A stretch of DNA of 64,000 nucleotides from Thermoplasmata archaeon (GCA_021806135.1 JAJZYB010000004.1:7686-71685); one strand, 5' to 3'. Shown: positions 38,680 to 48,599, numbered from the stretch's first letter. The notes: generated by a model from the letters alone, not told the origin. Numbers and translations are program-made.

Positions 38680-39042
38680 GGCATGGGCTCATCACCGAAG
38701 GAAGCGGTTTCTTCCTCTTCGCCCTGACCGGTGGCACCGGCGTGGAAGTCAATCTCCTTGCCTACCTGCCCGTTCTGCGCCGCATGGAACTTCTCCCTGA
38801 ACTGGCACCTGGCGTTCCGTCGCCACCACAACCGTCCCTGGACGGAGCATCTCTTGGGCTACGTCCTCATCGCCCTGATGGCGTTGGGCAGCAATCTGCT
38901 CGGGCTGACGCTGCTCCTTTCCCGGCTAGGCCCGCTCGTCGTCCAAATGGGAGGGATCGCTGCCGGCAGCCTCTGGGGGTACGGCGCCAACCGTACGCTC
39001 AACTTCCGGGACCTGCGACCCATCCCGGAACGGTCAGGGTGA
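38680..39042 (+). pseudogene. GtrA-family small membrane protein remnant (frame switch plus apparent loss of TM2)
   Basis: Frame 0 (about 38690-38780) encodes GFFLFALTGGTGVEVNLLAYLPVL, which matches GtrA TM1. Frame +1 (38731..39042) encodes AWNFSLNWHLAFRR...LLGYVLIALMALGSNLLGLTLLL...WGYGANRTLNFRD, the two N..LN+.W.F motifs and later TM helices. GC3 switches frame near 38780-38800. The usual roughly 25-aa TM2 segment is missing. Confidence 0.35.
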
Positions 39043-40248
39043 CGCCCGCGGACGATCGGCCCCGACGCCGTTAAGCCCGGCGTGGAAGAGCTCGAGGTAC
39101 TCCCGGGCCTGCGTCTCGTACGACCTCGTGCCCAAGGCGGCCCTTCCGGAGCGGCCGAGGGCGGCGAGGCGGTCCCGGTCGTGGAGAAGTTCCTCGAGGA
39201 CCTTCGTGTGGGAGGGCACGTCGTTGGGGTGGACGAGGACGAAGTCCTTCCCGGGCTCCCCCATCTCCACGTTGGCCCCCTCCGTCGTCACCACCGGGAT
39301 GCCGCGGGCGGCGGCCTCCAGCACCGCCAGCGGGAGGGTGTCGTAGTGGGTGGGGAAGAGGAACACGTCCGCCGCATCCAGGGCCATTCCCTTCGTCGCA
39401 TCGTCGACCCACCGGAAGCTCCGCATCCCCTCGGTGGAGGGGACGTCGTTCCCGACGTTCAGGAGCTCGGCCCTCAGTCCTCCCCGTCGGAGGCGCTGGA
39501 CCGTGCCCACCGCGATGTCGAGCCCCTTGCGGTCGGCATCGTGCCCGACGAACGTGAGATAGTGTGTTTCGGGGTCGAGCCCGAGGGCCCTCCGCGCGTT
39601 CCGAACGTCCTCCTCGGTCCGCTGGGGGCGCGGGTCCACGCCGTTGTAGATGACCACAGCCCGACGCGGCTCGACCCGGTAGGTACGGATCATGTCCTCC
39701 CGGACCGTCCTCGACGGGACCACGCAGACGTCCGCGTACCGGGCGGCTCTCCCCTCGAGCCGACGGAGGGCCCAATCGTCCAGATGGAAGCCCACTGAGC
39801 TTCGGAGGCCGGGACGGCGGGTCCGGCGCCCCAGCTGGAGCACCCGGAGGGAGAGCCCGTGGATCACCTCGAGCACGAGGGGATGGACGCCGTCGCCCCG
39901 GCGCTGGTCCCGCTTGGCGCGCAGCACCACCGGGGCTCCCCCCCGTTCGTTGTTCGCCATGACGACGTCGAGCTTCGGGTCGAGTTGCCGGGCCACTGCG
40001 CGGGAGAAGACGAGGTCGGGGCCGAACGGGAACCAGCCCATCCCGTCGACCTCGACCCCGTGGGCCTTGACCCCCTGCCAGACGGGGGCATCCCTCCCCT
40101 TCGAGCCCGAGGGGCGCGGATAGTACACCTCGACGTGATGACCCCAGGACGCCAGGAACGACGAGAGCTTGGAGACGACCCGGGGAAGGCCCAGGTCCTC
40201 CGCAGCGGGATGATGTGACGAGACGATCGCGATGTGGAAGGCCTCCAT
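39034..40248 (-). CDS. family 4 glycosyltransferase
   Basis: MEAFHIAIVSSHH... has a GT-B fold, and the C-terminus FLFPTHYDTLPLAVLEAAARGIPVVTT is a GT4 signature. The ATG at 40248 is in frame with the longer track ORF. Confidence 0.8.
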   Translation of the reverse strand: MEAFHIAIVSSHHPAAEDLGLPRVVSKLSSFLASWGHHVEVYYPRPSGSKGRDAPVWQGVKAHGVEVDGMGWFPFGPDLVFSRAVARQLDPKLDVVMANNERGGAPVVLRAKRDQRRGDGVHPLVLEVIHGLSLRVLQLGRRTRRPGLRSSVGFHLDDWALRRLEGRAARYADVCVVPSRTVREDMIRTYRVEPRRAVVIYNGVDPRPQRTEEDVRNARRALGLDPETHYLTFVGHDADRKGLDIAVGTVQRLRRGGLRAELLNVGNDVPSTEGMRSFRWVDDATKGMALDAADVFLFPTHYDTLPLAVLEAAARGIPVVTTEGANVEMGEPGKDFVLVHPNDVPSHTKVLEELLHDRDRLAALGRSGRAALGTRSYETQAREYLELFHAGLNGVGADRPRASP

Positions 40249-40313
40249 GATCCGCGCCCTCTCCCAGAGGGTGCCCGCTGATAAGTCCACGGGGCCGGTG
40301 ATGCCGCTCTCCC

Positions 40314-41855
40314 CTAGCGGGGGGGGGGCGAAGGCCCCCGGCCCTTCATGAGGGCTGGGTGGGGCATGCCATCCAAGGCCTCCTCCGGGCGGTGCCCGAG
40401 GAGGGCGAGGAGAGTCGGGGCCACGTCCAGGAGCCGGAAAGGGGTGGGTCGGTCGTTCGCTGGGACGCCCCTCCCCTTCACCGCGAGGATCCCCACCGGT
40501 CGGTGGGTCCCCTGCCTCTGGAAGTAGCTCGGCCGTCGGTCGAGGACCTCCACAGCGTGGTTCGTGTCCCCCCGGACCTCCCAAGCCCCTCCGTGGGAGG
40601 AGAGGAGAAGAAGGGGGGCCGTGTCGGAGACCGGCCGACCGTAGAGCTCCTCCGGGTCCACCACCTCGAGCCGGGCCGGGGTGAATCCCTCGAGGTCTCG
40701 TCGCAGTTCCTCCTTGAGCTTCGCCCGTTCGGGGCGGGTGACGGGCCTCCCGAAGGGGTTCGCGTAGATCGCCTCGGGGACCGGGAAGCTGAACGCCCGG
40801 GTGGAGTCCCAATCCACGAACCGGCTGAACCATCCGAACGTCTGATCCAGCGCGTTGCCGTCGCGCTCCTCGGTCCGGGGGAACACCGCACGGCGTAGAT
40901 GATCCGACCAGGCGAGGGGGGAGCGAAGGGGCAGGACGCCGTCGACCTTCGCGAGCCAGTCCGTGGTCCAGGGGCGGAGGCGCGTTCCGATCGGCGTCGG
41001 GCGGGTGTGAAGGTAGCCCTTCCGCTGGAGGAACCGGTTGGTGAAGAAGTAGCCCTCGGTCGCACCGAAGCCGTGGTCCGAGAGGAGCCAAGTCATCCCT
41101 CCGTCCGGGTCCCCGCCGCCGTCCTCGTGGAAGGCGGTCCTCACCCGATGGAACGCCTCGTCCAGGGCCTTCCAGTAACGACGGATCCAGGGATCCCCCT
41201 CCTGGGGGAAACGGACGATCCGGTCCCAGTGGTCGTGCTGGAGCCGGTCCGTCTCGCTGAAGAGGACGAAGAGGAGGTCCGGGTGGAACTCGCCCTGGAG
41301 CGTCTCCACGACCTGGGCCTTCCTTCCCAGGGACCTGGAGGCGCGGTCGAAGGCCTCCCGGTACTCCCCGGGGCCGAACTCCGGGAGGTCCAGGTCCCAC
41401 CCGCCGTCCTCGGAGCGGAGCCGCTGCGCGAGGGAGGGCGGGTGGGTCGTCGCGAGCCGGCGCTCGGGCAGCATGCCGGAGAGGAAGTAGCCGTGCACGG
41501 GCGGAGCGGGGAGCGCGGGGAAGTTCACGACCCCGACCCTCCACCCCTTCCTTCCCAACCGGTCCCAGACCGCCTCCCGTGGGCGGTAGGTCTCCACCGG
41601 GCGGAAGCGTCCGGGACGGCCTGTGGGGGCGGTGAACCCCCAGAGGTCGAGCGTCGCCGGGGAGTAACCGGTCATCGCGGAGTACCACGCGGGGATGGTC
41701 ACCGCAGGCTCGACGGAGCGCAGGTTCCCCCGGAAGGAGCCGTGAAGGAACTCGGCGACGTGGGGGAGAGCGCCTGCCCCGATCGCCGCGTCCAGCAGGT
41801 CCCAGGGGACCCCGTCGAACCCTATGAGGAGCGTGCGCTCGGTGTCGACGGGCAT
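40314..41855 (-). CDS. alkaline-phosphatase superfamily protein (type I phosphodiesterase / nucleotide pyrophosphatase-like)
   Basis: The metal and nucleophile motifs IGFDGVPWD, YSAMTGYSP and LLSDHGF are present. Confidence 0.7.
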   Translation of the reverse strand: MPVDTERTLLIGFDGVPWDLLDAAIGAGALPHVAEFLHGSFRGNLRSVEPAVTIPAWYSAMTGYSPATLDLWGFTAPTGRPGRFRPVETYRPREAVWDRLGRKGWRVGVVNFPALPAPPVHGYFLSGMLPERRLATTHPPSLAQRLRSEDGGWDLDLPEFGPGEYREAFDRASRSLGRKAQVVETLQGEFHPDLLFVLFSETDRLQHDHWDRIVRFPQEGDPWIRRYWKALDEAFHRVRTAFHEDGGGDPDGGMTWLLSDHGFGATEGYFFTNRFLQRKGYLHTRPTPIGTRLRPWTTDWLAKVDGVLPLRSPLAWSDHLRRAVFPRTEERDGNALDQTFGWFSRFVDWDSTRAFSFPVPEAIYANPFGRPVTRPERAKLKEELRRDLEGFTPARLEVVDPEELYGRPVSDTAPLLLLSSHGGAWEVRGDTNHAVEVLDRRPSYFQRQGTHRPVGILAVKGRGVPANDRPTPFRLLDVAPTLLALLGHRPEEALDGMPHPALMKGRGPSPPPR

Positions 41856-43759
41856 CAGGCCAGCCGGACGGTCTCGAGGTTGTAGGGGGCCCGGGTCTCC
41901 AGGCCGAAGCGCTTGTGGAGGCTGGAGGCGAGGTCCAGGGACTTCTGCTCCTCCCCGTGGCAGAGCATGACCCGCTGGGGGCGCGGTTCCACCGTGGCGA
42001 TGTAGTTCATCAGCTGCACCCGGTCGGAGTGCCCGGAGAAACCCTCGGCGGTGGTGATCTCGAAACGGATGGGGACGGTGACGGCGCGCTCCCGGTCCAT
42101 GACCGTGGCCTCGCGCATCCCCCGCTGGAGGCGCCGGCCGAAGGTACCGTCGGCCTGGTAGCCGGCGAAGGCCATGCCGTTCCTCTCCTCGGGGGCCCAG
42201 GCTTTGAAGTACTCCATCACGGGCCCTCCGCTCATCATGCCGCTGGTCGCGAGCACGATGGAGGCGTCCCGGTCATCGATGACGCTCATGCGCTTCTGGG
42301 AGGAGTCCACCCGCTGGAAGACGTCGGAGAGGAACGGGTTGTCCCCCTGCTGGAAGATCTGGGTCCTCAGCTGGCTGTTCAGGTATTCTGGATAGGCCGT
42401 GTGGATGCTGGTGGCCTCGAAGATCATCCCGTCCAGGTAGACCGGGACCCGGGGGATCTTGTTGTCCCGCATGAGCTCCTCGAGCACCAGCATGACCTCC
42501 TGGCTCCGGCCCACGGCGAAGACGGGGATGAGGAGGTGGCCCTGCCGCTTGATCACGCGCTCGGCCAGCCGGGCGAGCCCGGTCACGGCATCCTGGCGGC
42601 TGGGCTGGACGTCCCGGAAGCCCCCGTAGGTCGACTCCATGACCAGGGTCTCCAGGCGGGGGAAGCGGTTCGTGGCCGGGTTGAACAGCCAGGTCCGCTC
42701 GAACTTCAGGTCCCCCGTGTAGGCCATGTTGTAGTCCCCGTCCCCGAGGTGGAAGTGGCAGATGGAGCTCCCCAGGATGTGTCCGGCGTTGTGCAGCGTC
42801 AGCCGGACGTCCGGGGCGATGTCCGTGGTCTCCCCGTAGCGCAGCGGGATGGAGCGGCTGACCAGCTCCCGCACGTGGCTCGAGTCGTAGAGGCTGCGTC
42901 GGGCTTCCTGGTTCGTGACCTTGATCGCGTCGAGGAGCATGAGGGTCATGAGGTCCCGGGTCGGCGCCGTGCTGTAGATGGGCCCGGTGTAGCCGTACTT
43001 GATCAGGGTGGGGATGAGCCCGCAGTGGTCCAGGTGGGCGTGGGTGACGACCACGGCGTCCAGGGCATCCAGGGGTTGGATCTCCGGGGCGTTGAAGAAG
43101 GGGGTACGGTCCGACCCCGGGTCGATGCCGCAGTCGATGAGGATCCGGGAGTTCTGGGTGGTGAGCAGGTGCGCGCTACGGCCCACCTCCCGGTAGCCTC
43201 CCAGGGCGGTGGAACGGGCCCAGAGGGCTTCCTGGAGCCGGTCCCGGGCGATGCGGTTCCCCACCTTCCGGAGGAACTTCCGCCGGTCGTCGAAGACGTT
43301 CCTCAGGTGGATGCGCACCTCCTCCACGGTCTTGGACGGGATGGGGGGGGTCCGCACCACCGTGGGGACCCAGCCGATCCGGCGCTTGAGCTCGTTGAGG
43401 ACGCTGGCCCCCCGGCCGATGGCCGCCCCCGGGTTCGCCGCCTCGATGGTGACCTCCCCGGTCTCCGGCTCGAAGAAGATCTGGTTGATCTCCGCCTCCC
43501 GGGGGACGAGCTCCCGGATGACCCCTTCGGCGGCCCGGGGTTCCGCCAGGACCGACGGGTCGGACCGGACGAGGACCCGGCGATGGAGCCGCTGGGCCAC
43601 CTGCCGCAGGAGCTCGCCTCCGGAGAGGAAGCTGTCCAGCTGCTTGGTGTAGACCACCACGTGGGGGCCCTCGAGCTCGATGGTGGTGACCTCGATCTCC
43701 TCCGGGAGCACCTCTTTGAGGACCTCCCGGGTCTGCTGTAGCAGGCTCTCTACGCTCAT
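41855..43759 (-). CDS. aCPSF1 / FttA: KH-domain beta-CASP ribonuclease (archaeal transcription termination factor)
   Basis: N-terminal KH domains are followed by the MBL motif VVTHAHLDHCGLIP and a beta-CASP region. Length is 634 aa. Confidence 0.9.
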   Translation of the reverse strand: MSVESLLQQTREVLKEVLPEEIEVTTIELEGPHVVVYTKQLDSFLSGGELLRQVAQRLHRRVLVRSDPSVLAEPRAAEGVIRELVPREAEINQIFFEPETGEVTIEAANPGAAIGRGASVLNELKRRIGWVPTVVRTPPIPSKTVEEVRIHLRNVFDDRRKFLRKVGNRIARDRLQEALWARSTALGGYREVGRSAHLLTTQNSRILIDCGIDPGSDRTPFFNAPEIQPLDALDAVVVTHAHLDHCGLIPTLIKYGYTGPIYSTAPTRDLMTLMLLDAIKVTNQEARRSLYDSSHVRELVSRSIPLRYGETTDIAPDVRLTLHNAGHILGSSICHFHLGDGDYNMAYTGDLKFERTWLFNPATNRFPRLETLVMESTYGGFRDVQPSRQDAVTGLARLAERVIKRQGHLLIPVFAVGRSQEVMLVLEELMRDNKIPRVPVYLDGMIFEATSIHTAYPEYLNSQLRTQIFQQGDNPFLSDVFQRVDSSQKRMSVIDDRDASIVLATSGMMSGGPVMEYFKAWAPEERNGMAFAGYQADGTFGRRLQRGMREATVMDRERAVTVPIRFEITTAEGFSGHSDRVQLMNYIATVEPRPQRVMLCHGEEQKSLDLASSLHKRFGLETRAPYNLETVRLA

Positions 43760-43824
43760 GGAGGAATGGAACTTCTCGCTGGCCCTCTCCGGGCGGGCGA
43801 GGTGGGGAAAGGGTTCTGGGGGGA

Positions 43825-44496
43825 TCAGGCGATCTTGAGCTTGGTCAAGCGCTTGCGGATCTCGTCCTCGGTGAGGTCGTGGTACTCCTTCTCGGAGATG
43901 GTGGCCACCAGGTAGCCGTCCCCGCTGTTGGAGTCCCGCCGCATGGCGCTGGTGAGGCCCCGGAGGGCCACATCCACACCTTCGCTCAAGGAGAGACCAG
44001 CCTCGTAGGCTTCTTCGAGGACCCCGTAGGCGAGCGCCTGTCCGCTCCCCACGGAGACGTACTTGTCCTCGATGCTCCCGCCGGCCGGATCCACGGAGAA
44101 GATGTGGTTGCCCCGCGGGTCCACACCGCCGAGGATGACCCAGGCGAGGTACGGGTAGAGGCGGTTCCCGTTGAGGATGTTGGCGAGCAGCGTGGCGGCG
44201 CCCTCCACGCTCACGGGGGATCCGCGTCGCAGCCGGTAGAGGTTCACTTCCGCCCGGACGTACCGCACCAGGGTCTGGGCATCCCCCACGTACCCGGCGA
44301 TGGTCATCCCGATGTGCTCGTCGATCTTGAACAGCTTGGTGGTCTGCTTGTTGGCGATGAAGCCACCGCCCAGGGTGGCCCGGCGTTCGGTGGCGAGCAC
44401 CACGCCGTCCTTGCAGGAGATCCCGATGGTGGTGGTCCCCTTGAGCAAGCTACCGGCATCCAATGACGCGAATGGCCTCGCCTCCGTGCTAAACAT
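43825..44496 (-). CDS. psmB: proteasome beta subunit
   Basis: A propeptide precedes the catalytic TTTIGISCKDGVVLATERR. The ATG at 44496 was chosen relative to the TATA. Confidence 0.85.
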   Translation of the reverse strand: MFSTEARPFASLDAGSLLKGTTTIGISCKDGVVLATERRATLGGGFIANKQTTKLFKIDEHIGMTIAGYVGDAQTLVRYVRAEVNLYRLRRGSPVSVEGAATLLANILNGNRLYPYLAWVILGGVDPRGNHIFSVDPAGGSIEDKYVSVGSGQALAYGVLEEAYEAGLSLSEGVDVALRGLTSAMRRDSNSGDGYLVATISEKEYHDLTEDEIRKRLTKLKIA

Positions 44497-44520
44497 GTGA
44501 ACCGACCGCGCGAGCGCCCC

Positions 44521-44538
44521 GCCGTATAAAAGCGTTTG
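44521..44538 (-). promoter_or_regulatory. TATA box (minus strand gcttttatacgg) about 30 nt upstream of psmB
   Basis: gccgtataaaagcgtttg is the only AT-rich patch in the psmB/sdhA divergent region. Confidence 0.45.
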
Positions 44539-44664
44539 TCGGCGGACTCTCCTCGGAGATAGAGAGCCCGGTCCTGGAGCCAACGGTACGGGCCCCGTAC
44601 GCTGGAACCGCTATAACCCATCCGGCCTCCCCCGGTCCGGGGATCGAGTACGGAACGCTTCGAC

Positions 44665-46326
44665 GTGCTGGTGGTGGGGGCAGGCCTGGCCGGTCAGCGA
44701 GCCGCGTTGGAGGCCGTCCACGCCGGCCGACGGGTGGCGGTCCTGACCAAGCTCCACCCGCTCCGCTCCCACTCCGGGGCCGCCCAGGGGGGGATCAATG
44801 CCGCCATGGGCCCCCAGGACTCGGTCCACGACCACGTCTACGACACGGTGAAGGGCTCGGACTATCTGGCCGACCAGGATGCCGTGGAGATCCTCTGCCG
44901 ACAAGCCGGACCCACGGTCATCGAGATGGAGCACTTCGGCACGGTGTTCAACCGGGCCAGTGACGGGACGCTGGACCGCCGGGCCTTCGGAGGGGCGTCC
45001 TACAACCGGACGATCTTCGCGGCGGACCGGACCGGGCTGGCGCTCCTCCAGGCCCTCTTCGAGGAGATCACCCGGGAAGAACGCCTCCGCATCTACGAGG
45101 AGTACTTCGCGCTCCGGCTGGTGGTCCGCGACGGCCGCGTCCAAGGGGTCGTGGCCCTCAACCGGAAGACCGGCACGGTGGAAGGGTTCTCGGCGCCGGC
45201 GGTGGTCATGGCCACCGGCCCCTTCGGACGGATGTACTCCCGGACCACGAACTCCCACGCTTCCACCGGGGACGGCTGCGCTTTGGCCTACCGGGCGGGA
45301 GCGCTCTTGAAAGACCTGGAGATGGTGCAATTCCATCCCACCGCGCTCCCGGGCTCCGGCATTCTCATCACGGAAGGCGCCCGGGGGGAAGGGGGGATCC
45401 TGAAGAACGCCCGGGGAGAACGGTTCATGGAGCGCTACGCCCCCCATGCGAAGGACCTGGCCTCCCGGGACGTGGTCTCCCGTTCCATCGCCACGGAGGT
45501 GGCCGAGGGCCGGGGATTCCCGGACGGGACCTGCCACCTGGAGCTCATGCACCTGGGGAGGGAGAAGGTGGAGACGAAGCTCCAGGAGATCGTGGACTTC
45601 TGCCGGAGCTTCGCGGGAGTGGACCCGGTCACGCAACCGATCCCGGTCTATCCCGCGCAGCACTACATGATGGGGGGGATCTCCACCAACCCCCGGGGCG
45701 AGGCCACGATCCCCGGGCTCTACGCCGCAGGGGAGGCGGCCTGCGTCTCCGTGCACGGGGCGAACCGTCTGGGGGCCAACTCGCTTCTGGAGACCCTGGT
45801 CTTCGGGAAGATCGCCGGGGCGAACGCTGCGGAGCACGCCTCCCGGGCTTCCCCGGCCGAGGTCACGGCGGGGGAGGTGGAGGAGGCCACCCGGGAACTC
45901 CACTCGCTGTGGGACCGGAAGGAGGGGGAGTCGCCCGCCGCCCTGCGGACCGCCCTCCAGACCCTCATGGACCGTAATGTGGGGATCTTCCGGAGCCCCG
46001 GGCCGCTGAACGAGGCTTTGGCGGAGATCCGGAGGCTCAAGGAGCGCTACCAGCACTGCCACGTGGCCGATCCCTCCACCGTCTACAACATCAACCTCAC
46101 CGACGCGCTGGAGCTTGGGCATTTGCTGGACCTGGCCGAAGTGGTGGTCCGCGCCGCACTGGACCGGACCGAGTCCCGGGGGGCGCACGTGCGGCTGGAC
46201 TTCCCGAAGCGGGACGACGTTCACTGGCTCAAGCATACGCTGGCCCGGTGGACCCCCCAGGGGCCGGAGCTGAGCTACCTGCCCGTCACGATCACGGAGT
46301 ACACGCCGAAGGAGAGGAGCTACTGA
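44665..46326 (+). CDS. sdhA: succinate dehydrogenase / fumarate reductase flavoprotein subunit
   Basis: VLVVGAGLAGQRAALEA is the FAD dinucleotide fold, and RSHSGAAQGGINAA is the covalent-FAD histidine region. The start is GTG. Confidence 0.9.
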   Translation: MLVVGAGLAGQRAALEAVHAGRRVAVLTKLHPLRSHSGAAQGGINAAMGPQDSVHDHVYDTVKGSDYLADQDAVEILCRQAGPTVIEMEHFGTVFNRASDGTLDRRAFGGASYNRTIFAADRTGLALLQALFEEITREERLRIYEEYFALRLVVRDGRVQGVVALNRKTGTVEGFSAPAVVMATGPFGRMYSRTTNSHASTGDGCALAYRAGALLKDLEMVQFHPTALPGSGILITEGARGEGGILKNARGERFMERYAPHAKDLASRDVVSRSIATEVAEGRGFPDGTCHLELMHLGREKVETKLQEIVDFCRSFAGVDPVTQPIPVYPAQHYMMGGISTNPRGEATIPGLYAAGEAACVSVHGANRLGANSLLETLVFGKIAGANAAEHASRASPAEVTAGEVEEATRELHSLWDRKEGESPAALRTALQTLMDRNVGIFRSPGPLNEALAEIRRLKERYQHCHVADPSTVYNINLTDALELGHLLDLAEVVVRAALDRTESRGAHVRLDFPKRDDVHWLKHTLARWTPQGPELSYLPVTITEYTPKERSY

Positions 46327-46327
46327 A

Positions 46328-47386
46328 ATGGTCGAAGTCCCGTTGGAGATCTACCGGAAGTCCCCCCAGGATGCAGCCCCCCACTACGACCGCTTCCAGA
46401 TCGAAGTGGAGGAGCACACCCCGGTCCTCACGGTCCTCCTCAAGGTGAGGGACGAGATCGACCCCACCCTCTCGCTGCGCTACTCCTGCCGTCAGGCGAT
46501 CTGCGGGTCCTGCGCCATGCGGATCAACGGCAAGAGCCGCCTGGCCTGCCGGACCCCGGTCGGTCCCGAGGTGAGGCTCCGGGGCCGTATCCGGATCGAT
46601 CCCATGGGGAACCAGCCGGTCCTCCGGGACCTGGTGGTGGACCAGAAGCCTTTCTGGGACCGGTACTATGCCGTGAAGCCCTACCTCATCCCGGACCCTG
46701 CCCATCCGCTGCCCGAGGGCCGGGAGAGCCCGATGAGCCCGGAGCAGGTGGAGCAGTTCCGCGAGACCCCCCGGTGCATCTCCTGCGCCTCCTGCTACAG
46801 TGCCTGCCCGGCCATCGCCTCCGACCCCAGCTTCCTGGGTCCCATGGCGCTCGCGAAGCTCTACCGCTTCGCAGTCGACCCCCGGGACGGGGGATACACC
46901 CAGCGGCTCCAGGCGGTGCAGAACCAGGGACTCTGGCTCTGTCTGCGCTGCAACCTCTGCGTGGAGGCCTGTCCCAAGGACGTCCGGCCCGCCGAGCGCA
47001 TCGTGGACCTGAAGTGGATGGCGAACCAGGAGCTGGGCGCCCGGGAACCCGGCAGCCGCCACGCGATCCGTTTCGCCTCCAACCTGACGGAGGGCGGCCT
47101 GCTGAACGAACGGAGACTCGCCGTGGACACGCTGGGCCTCGGCGGAAGCCTCCGCCAGTTGCCCAAGGCCATCGCGATGATGCGGAAGGGCCGTTCGCTG
47201 CGCCGGCATCCGCCGATCCAGGGGCTCAACGAGGTGCAGGCGATCTACCAGGCGCTCGACCGTCCCGAGGACCTGGCCCACCGGGAGCGCCAGAAGGGCG
47301 CGGACGTGAAGGGCCCCCGGCCTCCGCTACCCCCGAAGGCGACGACACAGTCCGCCCCACCCCCTTCGAAGGGAGGGAGCCCATGA
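46328..47386 (+). CDS. sdhB: succinate dehydrogenase iron-sulfur subunit
   Basis: The three Cys clusters are CRQAICGSCAMRINGKSRLAC, CISCASCYSACP and CLRCNLCVEACP. Confidence 0.9.
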   Translation: MVEVPLEIYRKSPQDAAPHYDRFQIEVEEHTPVLTVLLKVRDEIDPTLSLRYSCRQAICGSCAMRINGKSRLACRTPVGPEVRLRGRIRIDPMGNQPVLRDLVVDQKPFWDRYYAVKPYLIPDPAHPLPEGRESPMSPEQVEQFRETPRCISCASCYSACPAIASDPSFLGPMALAKLYRFAVDPRDGGYTQRLQAVQNQGLWLCLRCNLCVEACPKDVRPAERIVDLKWMANQELGAREPGSRHAIRFASNLTEGGLLNERRLAVDTLGLGGSLRQLPKAIAMMRKGRSLRRHPPIQGLNEVQAIYQALDRPEDLAHRERQKGADVKGPRPPLPPKATTQSAPPPSKGGSP

Positions 47387-48279
47387 AGGTGGCCTACTAC
47401 CCCGGTTGCGTGGCCCAGGAATCCGGTCGGGAGCTGGACATGGCGACCCGGGCCGTGGCCCCGCTCGTGGGGATCGAGCTCGTGGACTTCCCGAACTTCT
47501 CCTGCTGTGGGAGCGGGTTCGTCGACGAGGCGAACCTCACCTTGAACGTGGCGCTGAACGCCCGGAACCTGGCCATCGCGGAACGGGCGGGGCTCACCCG
47601 GATCATGACCGTCTGCTCCACCTGCCAGGGGATGCTCTCCCTGGCCCGGCACACGCTGAAGGAGAACGCCACCGTGGCCCGGCGGGTGGAGGAGACGCTT
47701 CGCCCCCTGGGCCTCCGGTACGAGGGCCGGGCGGAGGCCCGTCACCTGCTCCAGATCCTGGTGGAGGACCTGGGCGGGGCGGAGCGGCTGAAGCCGCTCA
47801 TCCGCCGTCCGCTCACGGGATTGAAGGTGGGAGCGTTCTACGGCTGCCACCTCTTGAGGCCGCACGACCACGTCGAGTTCGATGACCCGGAGGACCCGCA
47901 TAGCTTCGAGGACGTCATCCGGGCCCTGGGGGCCGAGCCGGTGGACTACCGGGGACGGGTGCTCTGCTGCGGGTTCCCCATCCAGTTCGTGAAACCGGCC
48001 ACGGCCGAGCGCATCGCCGGCCACCAGATCCTGGACGCGAAGGCGCACGGGGCGGACGCCATGGCCACCCCGTGTCCGCTCTGCCACATCTCCCTCGACG
48101 GGTATCAGAAGGAGGCTGGACGGGCGGTGGGGACCGAGCTGAACATGCCCATCTTCCACTTCCCCCAGCTCGTGGGGCTGGCCCTGGGCCTCGCTCCGGC
48201 GGTCCTGGGACTTCCCCGCCATCTGGTCAACGTGGACGGGGCGCTCGCGCGGATCGGCGCAGTGGCGGTTCCGGCCTGA
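47383..48279 (+). CDS. CCG-domain (HdrB-like) subunit of type E succinate dehydrogenase (SdhE/SdhC)
   Basis: Two CCG cysteine-rich repeats are present (YYPGC...CCGSG...CSTCQG and FYGCH...CCGFP...CPLCH). The SD-like GGGAGGGAG lies upstream of ATG 47383. Confidence 0.8.
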   Translation: MKVAYYPGCVAQESGRELDMATRAVAPLVGIELVDFPNFSCCGSGFVDEANLTLNVALNARNLAIAERAGLTRIMTVCSTCQGMLSLARHTLKENATVARRVEETLRPLGLRYEGRAEARHLLQILVEDLGGAERLKPLIRRPLTGLKVGAFYGCHLLRPHDHVEFDDPEDPHSFEDVIRALGAEPVDYRGRVLCCGFPIQFVKPATAERIAGHQILDAKAHGADAMATPCPLCHISLDGYQKEAGRAVGTELNMPIFHFPQLVGLALGLAPAVLGLPRHLVNVDGALARIGAVAVPA

Positions 48280-48588
48280 TCAGGGGCCCGGTCCGGCCGC
48301 CGTGGGCGGCTCCATCTTTTTCAGCACGAAGTAGTGGAGCCGGTCGCATTGGCGGCGGAAGTATGCGCTCCCTTCTGCCGCGTACTCCTCCCGGAGGACC
48401 CGGGGGATCTCCGTGTCGGGGAGGGCGGGGTCCACCACCGGCGAGAAGAGGCAGGAGAAGATCAGCACCCGCCGGCCCTCCACGAGGAGGCGTTCGGTCT
48501 CCGGAGCCCCACAGAACGGGCAGCGGAGCGCATCGGCTCCCTCCACCGGGCCGGTCACAGCCCAAAGGAGCCGGTCCGGGGGCTTGAC
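48280..48588 (-). CDS. small zinc-ribbon protein (hypothetical)
   Basis: CPFCGAPETERLL...FSCLFSPVV is present. The start is uncertain; the track ORF runs to 48699. Confidence 0.3.
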   Translation of the reverse strand, partial: VKPPDRLLWAVTGPVEGADALRCPFCGAPETERLLVEGRRVLIFSCLFSPVVDPALPDTEIPRVLREEYAAEGSAYFRRQCDRLHYFVLKKMEPPTAAGPGP

Positions 48589-48599
48589 GCTTTGGGGAG

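Noticed and set aside
39034-41688. The 884-aa ORF suggesting a giant glycosyltransferase
   Set aside because: Only the last 404 codons (from ATG 40248) are GT4. The upstream part is out-of-frame read-through across the AlkP-family gene.
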